Below are positions 27,729 to 37,214 of a stretch of DNA of 64,000 nucleotides, piece after piece. The stretch comes from Thermoanaerobaculia bacterium (GTDB taxonomy: Bacteria; Acidobacteriota; Thermoanaerobaculia; Multivoradales; Multivoraceae): positions 3,488,001 to 3,552,000 of the forward strand of contig OY761158.1 in NCBI GenBank assembly GCA_963664405.1. The letters are read 5' to 3'. How positions within the stretch are numbered: the first letter of the stretch is position 1; each line of letters starts with the position of its first letter. The translations under genes and the position numbers were made by a program. The notes below the pieces were generated by a model that worked only from the letters and a program-made list of their open reading frames with translations, ran no database searches and was not told the origin of the DNA.

Positions 27729-28184
27729 TCAGGCTGCCGGGTCTTTCCCGCCTTCTTCCGCTTTCGCTTCTTCCGGTTCGGCAGCGGGGGCTTCTTCTTC
27801 CTCGGCGGGTGCTGCCGCGGCCTGTGCGGGCTCTGCTTCCGGCTCCTCGGCAGCCTCTGAGCTGTCTTGCTTCTCCTTCGCCGGCTCGGTCGTGACTTCC
27901 GCTTCGGGCTCTACTGCGGTCTCAGGAGCTGGATCAGGAGCGGCCGCGCTTTCGGCTTGTGGCTCCTCCGGCGCCGGCGGCGGTGCCGGTTCTGCCGCAG
28001 GCTCCGCTTTCTTGACTGCCTTCTTGGCGGCTTTTCGTGCTACTGCCTTTTTGGCCTCCGCCTTCTTGCGCGATGACTTGGCGCTCGCTTTACCGCGCTT
28101 GGCGATCTCCTCTTGAAGTTTCTTTTTCAGTCGCTTGCGTCGACGTTGGCGTCGACGCTTTAGCTGTCTATCTTTTTCGCGCAT
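27729..28184 (-). CDS. Low-complexity protein: Arg/Lys-rich N-terminus, Ala/Glu/Pro-rich acidic tail
   Basis: ATG 28184 with AGGAG RBS; MREKDRQLKRRRQRRRKRLKKK...KKAVARKAAKKAVKK...EEEEAPAAEPEE. Confidence 0.75.
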   Translation of the reverse strand: MREKDRQLKRRRQRRRKRLKKKLQEEIAKRGKASAKSSRKKAEAKKAVARKAAKKAVKKAEPAAEPAPPPAPEEPQAESAAAPDPAPETAVEPEAEVTTEPAKEKQDSSEAAEEPEAEPAQAAAAPAEEEEAPAAEPEEAKAEEGGKDPAA

Positions 28185-28325
28185 CCTTACTCCTGGTGTT
28201 GCGTCGCTCTCATAGGGGTCCGTTAGTGGCGGCACCAGAACCCATGGGTCGAATCCGGCTACGCGCCTTTCCTTCTCGTGGCGCGGCGTATCCTACTTCA
28301 ACTGCTCGGTTTGTACCCATCGACA

Positions 28326-28847
28326 TCAGGGGCCGCTCGGTAGGTTCTCCAGCTCCTCCTGCAATCCACGGTCAGCGGCGGCTACCCGCTCGGCCATTGC
28401 CTGGCGATGGTCGCCCAGGCGCTGCTCAAGAGCTGCGTCGTTTCCGGCGAGAATTCGAAGAGCTAGCAGCGCCGCGTTATCGGCTCGACCGATTCCCACG
28501 GTCGCAACGGGGATCCCGCCCGGCATCTGCACTGTGGCGAGCAGGGCGTCCATGCCGACCAGGGGTCCGCTGGCGAGCGGGACCCCGATCACCGGAAGTG
28601 TTGTCTGGGCGGCGACTACGCCTGCGAGGTGTGCGGCAACACCGGCCCCCGCGACGATCGCGGCAAGGCCTCTTTGGCGCGCGCTAGTGGCGTAATCGGA
28701 AGCGGCCTCGGGGGTCCGATGCGCCGAGAGAATGCGAACCTCGGATGCGACTCCGAATTCGTCGAGCGTCTTCTTGGCGGCCTCCATGACCGGCCAGTCG
28801 GATTTGCTGCCCATGATGATGCCGACACGAGGGCTCTTTTCGCTCAT
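28326..28847 (-). CDS. purE: N5-CAIR mutase PurE
   Basis: [45 protein letters not shown]. Confidence 0.96.
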   Translation of the reverse strand: MSEKSPRVGIIMGSKSDWPVMEAAKKTLDEFGVASEVRILSAHRTPEAASDYATSARQRGLAAIVAGAGVAAHLAGVVAAQTTLPVIGVPLASGPLVGMDALLATVQMPGGIPVATVGIGRADNAALLALRILAGNDAALEQRLGDHRQAMAERVAAADRGLQEELENLPSGP

Positions 28848-28856
28848 TGGTTGCCT

Positions 28857-30413
28857 CTAAAGTGGAATGTTGCCGTGCTTCTTGGGCGGCAAGCTCGTCC
28901 GCTTGCTGCTGAGCTGCCTCAGGGCGCGGATGATCTCGGGGCGGGTTACGCGGGGCTTGATTATGGCGTCGATGTAGCCTCGCTCGGCGGCGATATAGGG
29001 ATTGGAGAATTTCTCTCTGTACTCGCGCGCCTTTGTCGCCCGTACTTCTTCCGCCTGCTCTCCTGCCGCCGCGATCTCCCGCCGATAAAGGACGTTGACC
29101 GCGGCCTCGGGGCCCATGACGGCGATTTCAGCATGAGGGTAGGCGAGGTTGACGTCTGTGCGGATGTGCTTTGATGCCATTACGCAGTACGCACCGCCAT
29201 AAGCCTTGCGAGTGATTACAGTGATCTTGGGAACTGTCGCTTCCGCGAAGGCATAGAGGAGCTTGGCCCCGTGCTTGATGATTCCACCGAACTCCTGTTG
29301 GGTCCCTGGTAGGAAGCCGGGTACGTCTTCGAAGGTAATGAGCGGAATGTTGAAAGCGTCGCAGAAACGAACAAAACGGGCGCCCTTGAGTGAGGCGGAG
29401 ATATCTAGAACCCCTGCCAGGTAGCCTGGTTGATTGGCAACGATTCCTACCGATCGGCCGGCGAATCTGGCAAAGCCGACGACGAGGTTGCGGGCATAGT
29501 CCTTCTGTATCTGGAGGAAACGGCCGTCATCGACTACCGAATGGATGAGATCGGTAATGTCGTATGGCCGGTTGGGATCTTCCGGAATGAGCGTGTCGAG
29601 CGACTCGTCCTCACGATCGGGGTCGTCTTCGGTGTCTCGTAGAGGTGGATCTTCGAGGTTGTTGCTTGGTAGGTAGGAGAGCAAATCGCGGATCGCCGCG
29701 ATGCAGGCGGCATCATTCGCTAAAGTGAAATGGCTCACGCCGCTCTTGGTCGCGTGGGTGGCGGCGCCGCCGAGCTCTTCCATCGAGACCTCTTCGTGCG
29801 TCACCGTCTTGATTACGTCGGGCCCGGTCACAAACATGTAACTGGTTTCGGCGACCATGAAGATGAAGTCGGTGATCGCCGGAGAGTAGACCGCGCCTCC
29901 CGCGCACGGGCCCATGATGGCGCTGATCTGGGGGACCACGCCTGATGCGAGTGTGTTGCGGAGAAATATGTCCGCGTAGCCGCCTAGGGAGGCCACGCCC
30001 TCTTGGATCCTGGCACCGCCACCGTCGTTGAGACCGATCAGTGGCGCTCCGTTCTCGACTGCAAGGTCCATGATCTTGCAGATCTTTTCGGCATTGGTCT
30101 CGGACAGGGAGCCGCCGAAAACAGTGAAGTCCTGGGCAAAGACATAGGTGAGGCGGCCGTCGACGGCACCGTAGCCACAGACAACGCCGTCCCCCGGCAC
30201 AAGGCTCTTCTCCATGCCGAAGTCTTGACAGCGGTGCACCACCAGCGAATCGATCTCGACGAAGGACCCCGGATCCAGGAGCAGCTCGACACGCTCGTGG
30301 GCAGTCAGCTTTCCAGCGTCGTGCTGTCGCTTGATGCGCTCGTCGCCTCCTCCCAGCCGAGAGGCCTCGAGCTTTAGATTCAGCTCTTCGAACTTGGCTT
30401 CCGTCGTGCTCAT
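28857..30413 (-). CDS. pccB: Acyl-CoA (propionyl/methylmalonyl-CoA) carboxyltransferase beta subunit
   Basis: [47 protein letters not shown]. Confidence 0.9.
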   Translation of the reverse strand: MSTTEAKFEELNLKLEASRLGGGDERIKRQHDAGKLTAHERVELLLDPGSFVEIDSLVVHRCQDFGMEKSLVPGDGVVCGYGAVDGRLTYVFAQDFTVFGGSLSETNAEKICKIMDLAVENGAPLIGLNDGGGARIQEGVASLGGYADIFLRNTLASGVVPQISAIMGPCAGGAVYSPAITDFIFMVAETSYMFVTGPDVIKTVTHEEVSMEELGGAATHATKSGVSHFTLANDAACIAAIRDLLSYLPSNNLEDPPLRDTEDDPDREDESLDTLIPEDPNRPYDITDLIHSVVDDGRFLQIQKDYARNLVVGFARFAGRSVGIVANQPGYLAGVLDISASLKGARFVRFCDAFNIPLITFEDVPGFLPGTQQEFGGIIKHGAKLLYAFAEATVPKITVITRKAYGGAYCVMASKHIRTDVNLAYPHAEIAVMGPEAAVNVLYRREIAAAGEQAEEVRATKAREYREKFSNPYIAAERGYIDAIIKPRVTRPEIIRALRQLSSKRTSLPPKKHGNIPL

Positions 30414-30552
30414 GCTTGTCTTGGCGTTGATCAGGTTCCTTTTGGCCTGTGGACCGGCGTTGCTTATCACAAGCCCGACCTCACCCTCAATGCCTGAGTG
30501 CGGCTCCCCACCTAAAAGTGCACACTTTGTCGGCCGCGGCTAGAATCGCCAG

Positions 30553-31866
30553 GTGGACTTTCTCGACGTGGATGGGGGCGCCATCGCCAGAGTTCTGAGC
30601 CTGGTCTCAGAAGACCCCGCCGCCCTTGTCGATGCCTTCTTCGAGCGAAGAGAAGAGCTCGAGCTGATGCCGGCCGGGGAGTCCTGTGGGATCCGCACCC
30701 GCAGAGAGGAGGGGTTCGCCATTCGGCTGGTTTCCGGTGATCAGACCTGGATGGTGAGTCGAGACGCGCTCGACGGCGATCTCGTTCTCGAAGCGGTGCG
30801 CCGTACCGCTCGACGCATGGCACAGGGACTTGCGCTGGCGCCGCGGCTGCGCCCGCTGCCCTGGGAGGACTCTGGTGATCGCGCCGAGATGATGGCGTTT
30901 CCAGCGGAAGTCGAGACGCGGCTGCGAAAGCGCCGGCTCGCTTTTCCTTGCCGGCTCTTGCTTCGCCGTCATCGGCGCTGGATCAAGGTGATCGGCCGAG
31001 AGTTCGTAGGTGACACTGAGGTCGAAGAGTTCTGGAGCCTACGCGCGGACTTGCCAGGGGGGCCGTGGGGCACTCTCGTCCCTGCGCTTACAAGCGATGC
31101 AGCCGAGAAGGTGGCCTCGTCGCTCAGCGGCCTGTTCCGTGCTCGGCACGCGGTACCGCCGTCGCGCGGCCGCGTTGATCTCCTCCTCGGGCCGTCGGCT
31201 GCGGCGGTCTTCCTGCACGAGGCAGTGGCGCATGCGCTCGAGATCGACACTCTCGCTGCCTCTGGTGATCCTGAGTCGGCGATCGGATACCGATTGGGGA
31301 GCAGAGTGCTCGATCTGTTGGACGATCCGGCCAGCGGGCCGCCGGGCCTGAGGCGAGTGACCGATGACGAGGGCGCGCCGGTGTTGCGTAGATGGCTTCT
31401 GCGCCGGGGCGAGGTGGCTCAGCCGCTGGCGGATCGGCGCTGGGCGAGACTGTCTGCGACACTGAGCCCTGGTGCCGGACGGCGTCAATCGCGGCACACG
31501 CTTCCAGGTCCCCGCTCTATTCATCTCGAGCTCCTGCCGGGTCGAAAGCCCGTGGCGAAGCTTGCCGAGGAGGTTGACCATGGCCTCTTCGTGCCCGAGG
31601 CCTCGCGGGGACTGCTCGATCCCCTGTCTGGAGAGTTCGAGATCCACTTCTCCCACGGCCGCGAACTGCGGCGGGGGAAGCTCGAGAAGAGGGTCGGCGC
31701 CTTCTCGGTGCGCGGCCGCCTTGGCGACCTGCTTTCGAGAGTATCTGCGATTGGTTCCGATTCGAGCCTGGCGGGTGCCGGGTGGTGCGCCAAAGGAGGA
31801 CAACGTCTGCCGGTATGGAGCACGACTCCGTCACTCCTCATCGCCGGTGTCGAGGTGGAAGGGTGA
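30553..31866 (+). CDS. tldD: TldD family metalloprotease
   Basis: HEAVAH zinc motif, DDEG, C-terminal WCAKGGQ.LPV. Confidence 0.8.
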   Translation: MDFLDVDGGAIARVLSLVSEDPAALVDAFFERREELELMPAGESCGIRTRREEGFAIRLVSGDQTWMVSRDALDGDLVLEAVRRTARRMAQGLALAPRLRPLPWEDSGDRAEMMAFPAEVETRLRKRRLAFPCRLLLRRHRRWIKVIGREFVGDTEVEEFWSLRADLPGGPWGTLVPALTSDAAEKVASSLSGLFRARHAVPPSRGRVDLLLGPSAAAVFLHEAVAHALEIDTLAASGDPESAIGYRLGSRVLDLLDDPASGPPGLRRVTDDEGAPVLRRWLLRRGEVAQPLADRRWARLSATLSPGAGRRQSRHTLPGPRSIHLELLPGRKPVAKLAEEVDHGLFVPEASRGLLDPLSGEFEIHFSHGRELRRGKLEKRVGAFSVRGRLGDLLSRVSAIGSDSSLAGAGWCAKGGQRLPVWSTTPSLLIAGVEVEG

Positions 31867-33158
31867 TCGGTGAAGAAGGCTCAGCTGTGCTGGCTTCGCT
31901 GTCGCGGCGTGGCTTCGAGCAGGCCGAGGTATTCGCCAAACGCGGACGGTCTCGCCGTTTCGAGATCGGTCCTGAAGGCGTGAGAGTAACCTCGGCGGAA
32001 GAGGTCGGCTGGGCGGTGAGAGCCGGCTCGCGGGGCGCCTCCTTCTACGGCGCCTCGTCGGGCTCGCCGAGTGGTGACCTGAGCTGGCTGGTGCCGGAGC
32101 CTGGGGAACCGCTGTCTCTACCGCCTCCTTCAGAGCTCGTTGAATGGCAAGACGCGCCCGAGTCGTCGCAACCTCCGCTAGGCGAAGAAGAGGGGCGTCG
32201 TTTGCTCCTCGCAGTAGCCGAGAAGCTCGAGCAGGAGATACCCGGTGCGCGCTTGCGTTGGGGAGCACTCGAAGACGGAGCGAGCGAGGTTCGAATCTCG
32301 AACAGTTTAGGCCTCGATGTCAGCTATCGCGGGCGGCTTGCCACGCTGGCCCTTAGCGCGTCGACACCGGGTCCCGAGAATCGAAGCGTAGGCGCGCGGC
32401 TCACCGCCGTTACGGCAGCGTCGTTTCCCGTGCGTTCGATCGCTGACCGGATCGTGGACCTGGTCTCAGTCCGGCAGCGTGGCCGTCTCGAGACCGAAGG
32501 CGGTTGTGACATGGTGCTTGCACCCGAGGTGTGTTGCCACCTCTTGGCTGCTCTCGCACCGGCATTCGTTGGCCCGCGCCGCCAAGTCGCCGATTTCTTG
32601 CAGACTCATCAGATGCGGGTTGCTTCGTCTGCCGTGACGCTTGTCGACGATGGCCGGCATCCCGGCGGAGCGCTGGCGGCCCCAGTCGATGGAGAAGGTG
32701 TTGCGAACGGACCCAGAGTCCTAGTGGAGAAGGGGCGTTTGGGTGAGTCCATTGTGCCCTGGGACGAGGGTGGGCCTCCGCTGGGCTGCCGGCGGCGGGC
32801 CGGCTGGCGCGACTTTCCTCGAGTGGCGCCGAGTCATTTGAGCCTGGCTCCCTGCGCTGACAATTCCGCTTCAGACTTGATCGAGGATCTCGACGACGGC
32901 TATTACTTGATCGGAGTGCCGGAAGCTACCCGTCTCCCTTCCAGCTCCCGCGGGTTCTTTCTTCCTGTGTGCGGATTCCGGGTTCTCGGCGGGAAGCCGG
33001 TGGCGCCGCTTTCCATTGCGACTCTTGTAGGCGATCCGCGCTCGCTCCTGCACGCCATCGTCGCTGTTGCCAGGGATATGCGTTTCGTCCCCCTAGATGC
33101 AATGATCGGCGCGCCCACGGTAAGTGTGCGTGGGCTGCAACTGGAAAGAGAAAGCTGA
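31863..33158 (+). CDS. TldE/PmbA family protein
   Basis: GTGA overlap with tldD; VTLVDDG...PVDGEG; no HExxxH. Confidence 0.75.
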   Translation: MIGEEGSAVLASLSRRGFEQAEVFAKRGRSRRFEIGPEGVRVTSAEEVGWAVRAGSRGASFYGASSGSPSGDLSWLVPEPGEPLSLPPPSELVEWQDAPESSQPPLGEEEGRRLLLAVAEKLEQEIPGARLRWGALEDGASEVRISNSLGLDVSYRGRLATLALSASTPGPENRSVGARLTAVTAASFPVRSIADRIVDLVSVRQRGRLETEGGCDMVLAPEVCCHLLAALAPAFVGPRRQVADFLQTHQMRVASSAVTLVDDGRHPGGALAAPVDGEGVANGPRVLVEKGRLGESIVPWDEGGPPLGCRRRAGWRDFPRVAPSHLSLAPCADNSASDLIEDLDDGYYLIGVPEATRLPSSSRGFFLPVCGFRVLGGKPVAPLSIATLVGDPRSLLHAIVAVARDMRFVPLDAMIGAPTVSVRGLQLERES

Positions 33159-33167
33159 GGTAGAACT

Positions 33168-34238
33168 GTGCAGCTCGGGATCGTCGGATTGCCGAAAGTC
33201 GGCAAGACCTTGCTCTTCAACATCCTCACGACGGCGAGGGAGGAGACGGGCAAGTTCTCCGCTTCGCAGAAGACACACGTCGGCGTGGCGCGGGTGGAGG
33301 ACCCGCGCCTCGAGGCACTCCGAGACCTCTTCGAGCCGCGACGCTATGCGCCCGCGACCGTCGAGTACGTCGATCTGCCGGGTTTGCACCTGGGAGACGG
33401 CGGCCAGGGACCCGATCTAGGAGTTCTTCGCCCTGTGGATGCGCTTGTCCATGTAGTGCGCTGCTTCGAGGATCCTGAGATCGTGCATTCGACTGGGCGG
33501 CTGGATCCGTCGCGAGACATCCTCGACCTCGATCTGGAGCTGGTCCTGGCGGATCACGAGTTGGTGGAAAAGCGCCTTTCCAGGCTTGCACAGGCGGCGA
33601 AACGAGGCCTGAAAGACGAGGAGAAGCGCGCGCGCGCGCTCCTGGCGGAAACTCTTCTACCGGCCCTGGAGAGTGAAACGCCTCTTCGCGATCTGGAGCT
33701 CGCCGCCGCCGACGATCGACGGCTTCGAGGTTTCCAATTGTTGTCGGCTAAGCCGCAGCTATTGGTGTTGAACGTGGGGGAAGACGATCTGGCCTCGCCG
33801 CCGCCCGACGACGTCACGGCGGCAGTTCGACGCGAGACGGAGATCATTGTGGTCAGCGCCCCGATAGAAGAAGAGATCTCTCGGCTCGACGCAGCCGATC
33901 AGCAAGAGCTTCTCGGTGATCTCGGGCTGGTCGAGCCAAGCCTTCAGCGGCTGATCAGGGCTAGCTATTCGCTTCTCGGGCTCGTCTCTTTCTTCACTGT
34001 CGGCGAAGACGAGGTGAAGGCCTGGACTATTGGCCGCGAGACTCGGGCACAGGACGCGGCTGGGAAGATCCACACCGACATCGCCAGAGGTTTCATTCGC
34101 GCCGAAGTCGTGCAGTGGCGCGACCTGATCGATCTGGGTGCGTGGTCCGAGTGTCAGAAGAACGCGAAGCTCCAGCTCGAAGGAAAGGACTACCTCGTCC
34201 AAGATGGAGAGGTGGTCCACTTCCGCTTCAACGTTTGA
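33168..34238 (+). CDS. ychF: Obg-family ATPase YchF
   Basis: GIVGLPKVGKT, FFTVGEDEVKAWT, AAGKIHTD, EGKDYLVQDGE..HFRFNV. Confidence 0.93.
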   Translation: MQLGIVGLPKVGKTLLFNILTTAREETGKFSASQKTHVGVARVEDPRLEALRDLFEPRRYAPATVEYVDLPGLHLGDGGQGPDLGVLRPVDALVHVVRCFEDPEIVHSTGRLDPSRDILDLDLELVLADHELVEKRLSRLAQAAKRGLKDEEKRARALLAETLLPALESETPLRDLELAAADDRRLRGFQLLSAKPQLLVLNVGEDDLASPPPDDVTAAVRRETEIIVVSAPIEEEISRLDAADQQELLGDLGLVEPSLQRLIRASYSLLGLVSFFTVGEDEVKAWTIGRETRAQDAAGKIHTDIARGFIRAEVVQWRDLIDLGAWSECQKNAKLQLEGKDYLVQDGEVVHFRFNV

Positions 34239-34254
34239 GGGGAGCGGCCCCGGT

Positions 34255-35259
34255 CTAGGAGGAGGAGGCGATGGCCATCACTTCCTCTGGCTCGCTGGGC
34301 CCGAGGCGCCACTCCAGAGAGCCTGTGCTGCGGACTCCCGGCTGCGCCCCTACGCCGCGTCCTCGTTGTTGCGGCTGTGTCAGCGAGGGACGACTTGGCA
34401 CGGGCGCCCCCGAGCTCGGGCGGCGCTGGCGGGAGCTATCAGTCGACACCGCGACGCCAGCCTGGCTCGAGCCGTTGCGGCTTCCTCGTAGGTCCTTGCT
34501 ACTCAGTGTTCTGGTCGTCGAGGGCACCTTCGGCTCCTCGGCCCCGGCTGCGGTCATCGCTCGTTGACTTTCGGAGGTGTCGCCGTCGCCAACGGAAAGG
34601 CGATCAGTACCGGCGGCATCGACGGCGGGTGCGGGAGGCTCGAGTAATCCATCGTCTTCGAAGTGAGGCTTCGGCAGCAGCAGCTCGGCGATTCGCGCCG
34701 GCTCATCGTACGCTCTTGGAGTCTTGAGCCCCGACTCCCGGGTCCGTCGCGCTCGCAACAGCGCTTCGGTGACCAATTCGTTCTCGATGATATGAGGGTT
34801 GGTCTCGGGGGAGAGGATCTCGGGATCCAAGACGAATGCCTTGCCATACGCGTCCAGGGCCTCTTGACGCTGGCCGAGTTGATCGTGGATGGTTCCGGCC
34901 TGGTAATGAGACCAAGCATGATGCGGGTCGATGGCGAGAGCCTGGCCGTATGTTTCCAAGGCGCTGTCATGGTTTTGCATCTGCTGACGCAGCAACCCGA
35001 GATTGAAGTGGGCCTCGACATAGTCGGGGGCCAGCTCGATCGCTCGGAGGTACACCGCTTCCGCCTCCCCAAGTGCCCCTGCGAGAGTAAGAAGGTTGGC
35101 AAGGTCGTTATGGACTCTCGAATCCGTGGGGCGCTCGGCAGCGAGACTTCGCTGGGCCTCGAGGGCCCCCGGCAGGTTCTTCTCGACGCTGCCGCCGAGG
35201 GCCGGAGACAGAACTAGGGCCAAGACCCCGGTGAGTGCAAACATGCGCGATCTCTTCAT
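34255..35259 (-). CDS. Exported TPR protein with a low-complexity C-terminus
   Basis: Signal peptide from ATG 35259 (ATGA overlap with the upstream gene); HNDLANLL, HFNLGLL, HYQAGTI TPRs. Confidence 0.8.
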   Translation of the reverse strand: MKRSRMFALTGVLALVLSPALGGSVEKNLPGALEAQRSLAAERPTDSRVHNDLANLLTLAGALGEAEAVYLRAIELAPDYVEAHFNLGLLRQQMQNHDSALETYGQALAIDPHHAWSHYQAGTIHDQLGQRQEALDAYGKAFVLDPEILSPETNPHIIENELVTEALLRARRTRESGLKTPRAYDEPARIAELLLPKPHFEDDGLLEPPAPAVDAAGTDRLSVGDGDTSESQRAMTAAGAEEPKVPSTTRTLSSKDLRGSRNGSSQAGVAVSTDSSRQRRPSSGAPVPSRPSLTQPQQRGRGVGAQPGVRSTGSLEWRLGPSEPEEVMAIASSS

Positions 35260-35801
35260 GTCTTTACCTCGCGCATGGGTTGCGCCTTGAGTTTTTGTTT
35301 CCCGCCTTCCTGGACGACGCGAAAGCACACTCGGTCGCAACCGGTTCGGTCGCGGATGAGCTCGTGTTGGCGCCTCAGATAGGTCGTGAAAGAATCGAGG
35401 TCGACCGGCTTGGCCTGGGAGCCTTTCCGATAGAGATGCTGGTATAGAGAAACGGCTTCGTCGGCCTCGAAGCGGGCCCCGAGGACGATCGAGTCCTTTG
35501 CCGAGACGGTAGGAGCCTGAACTTTACGCTCGCGTGGAGGAGCGACCTTTTCCTGGTTCCTCAACCGACGTGAGAAGAGATCGCTATAGGAGTGAAATCG
35601 GGCCTCGAGGCCGCTGAGCAAGAACGATTCGGCTGACTTCTTGTTCGCGTTGCGAAGCGCTGTCAGCTTGCTCCGGATCGCGTCTCTCAACTCTTCGGGA
35701 GGTACCTCCAGGTCGCCGTTGAAGAAGCGCTCGAACTCCACGCGCATCGTCATGATGTCTTGGTCGAGACTGTCGAAGTCTTGATCGTAAGTAGTGGGCA
35801 T
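35256..35801 (-). CDS. Hypothetical protein resembling the MXAN_5187 C-terminal domain family
   Basis: MRVEFERFFNG...PP...RFHSYSDLF..RLR and V.FRVV...GK.KLKA, matched from recall only. Confidence 0.6.
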   Translation of the reverse strand: MPTTYDQDFDSLDQDIMTMRVEFERFFNGDLEVPPEELRDAIRSKLTALRNANKKSAESFLLSGLEARFHSYSDLFSRRLRNQEKVAPPRERKVQAPTVSAKDSIVLGARFEADEAVSLYQHLYRKGSQAKPVDLDSFTTYLRRQHELIRDRTGCDRVCFRVVQEGGKQKLKAQPMREVKT

Positions 35802-35841
35802 CGCTTCGATTCACGCGGACCATTACAATTCATTACGGAGC

Positions 35842-37200
35842 GTGACTGGACCTTTGGACATCCGACGCCGTTTGCCGGCAATGAACCGTCTTCTTGCAAC
35901 GCCCGCCGTTGTCCGACTGTTGTCATTATACGGAAGGGAACCGGTCAGGGTCCAAGCGGAGCTGGCACTCGGGCGGCTTCGTAAGGAGCTATCGGAGGGT
36001 AGATACGAGAGCATGGAGGACCTGGACCGGGCTCTCGGCAAGTTGCCGGATCAGCTCGAGTCGGAGCTTGCGAGAGCAATCGGAACGCCGGTGCGACGCG
36101 TACTCAACGCCACGGGTATCCTCGTGCATACGAACCTGGGGCGGTCGCCCCTGACCCGAGAGGTCGCGGAGAGTCTGCCGCCCTTGCTCGACGCCTACTG
36201 TGACCTCGAGCTGGATTTGGACACGGGGAAGCGGAGTGATCGCAATCGGGAGGCTGAGGGCCTGCTGAAGAGCCTGACTGGCGCCCCCGCAGCCTTGGTT
36301 GTCAACAACAACGCTGCGGCCCTCGTGCTCGTCCTGGCGACCCTCGCAAAGGGTCGCGAAGTCGTGGTGTCGAGGGGTGAGCTGGTCGAGATCGGTGGAT
36401 CTTTCCGGGTGCCGAGCATTCTCGAGGCGGCAGGAGTCGAATTGCGAGAGGTGGGCTCGACGAATCGGACCAGGCTAGACGATTACGAAGAGGCGATAGG
36501 ACCGAAGACCGGCCTTCTGCTCAAGGTCTTTCCGTCGAACTATCGAATCACGGGGTTCGTAGAGGAGACCCCCATTTCCGCCCTTGTGGATCTAGCACGG
36601 CGTCGTGAGGTCCAGCTCTTGGTCGACGAAGGGAGTGGGCTTCTACGGCCCCACGATGCTCCACAGTTGCGTGGCCATACAAGTCTCGCCGAGCTGATCG
36701 AGCTTGGCTGCGACGCGGCTTGTGGGAGTGGGGACAAGCTCTTGGGAGGGCCGCAGGCTGGTATCCTCGTAGGTAGTGCTGCTACGGTGCGCTCGTGCAA
36801 GACGAACCCGCTCTACCGTGCCTTGCGCCCGGATCGCACCACCCTTGCCGCCTTGGCGATGGTTCTGCGGCGCCATCTCACCGCCAGCTCGTTGCCGATC
36901 GAGCGTATGTGGCCTGTTGGCGAGGCGCATCGCGAAAGGGTCGAGAGGGTGGCCGTTGGGGTCGGTGGGAAGTCTGGGGTAGCCGATGGCTTCCTCGGCG
37001 GAGGGTCGGCGCCGCAACAGGGAATCCCGGGTGAGGTTGTCATTCTGCCGGCAGACGATGTGGTGCTTCGGAAGCTTCGCCTGGGCGAGCCGCCGGTCGT
37101 TGCCTATCAGCGGGACGGACGATTGGTGCTCGATCTGCGGACCGTCGCCCCCGACGATGACGAAGCGTTGATCGGAGCCGTCAACGCGGCTCGCGAATAG
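35842..37200 (+). CDS. selA: L-seryl-tRNA(Sec) selenium transferase
   Basis: VLNATGILVHTNLGRSP, VVNNNAAA, SRGELVEIGGSFR, SGDKLLGGPQAG, LDLRTV. Confidence 0.93.
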   Translation: MTGPLDIRRRLPAMNRLLATPAVVRLLSLYGREPVRVQAELALGRLRKELSEGRYESMEDLDRALGKLPDQLESELARAIGTPVRRVLNATGILVHTNLGRSPLTREVAESLPPLLDAYCDLELDLDTGKRSDRNREAEGLLKSLTGAPAALVVNNNAAALVLVLATLAKGREVVVSRGELVEIGGSFRVPSILEAAGVELREVGSTNRTRLDDYEEAIGPKTGLLLKVFPSNYRITGFVEETPISALVDLARRREVQLLVDEGSGLLRPHDAPQLRGHTSLAELIELGCDAACGSGDKLLGGPQAGILVGSAATVRSCKTNPLYRALRPDRTTLAALAMVLRRHLTASSLPIERMWPVGEAHRERVERVAVGVGGKSGVADGFLGGGSAPQQGIPGEVVILPADDVVLRKLRLGEPPVVAYQRDGRLVLDLRTVAPDDDEALIGAVNAARE

Positions 37201-37214
37201 AGAGGTTCATTGCT

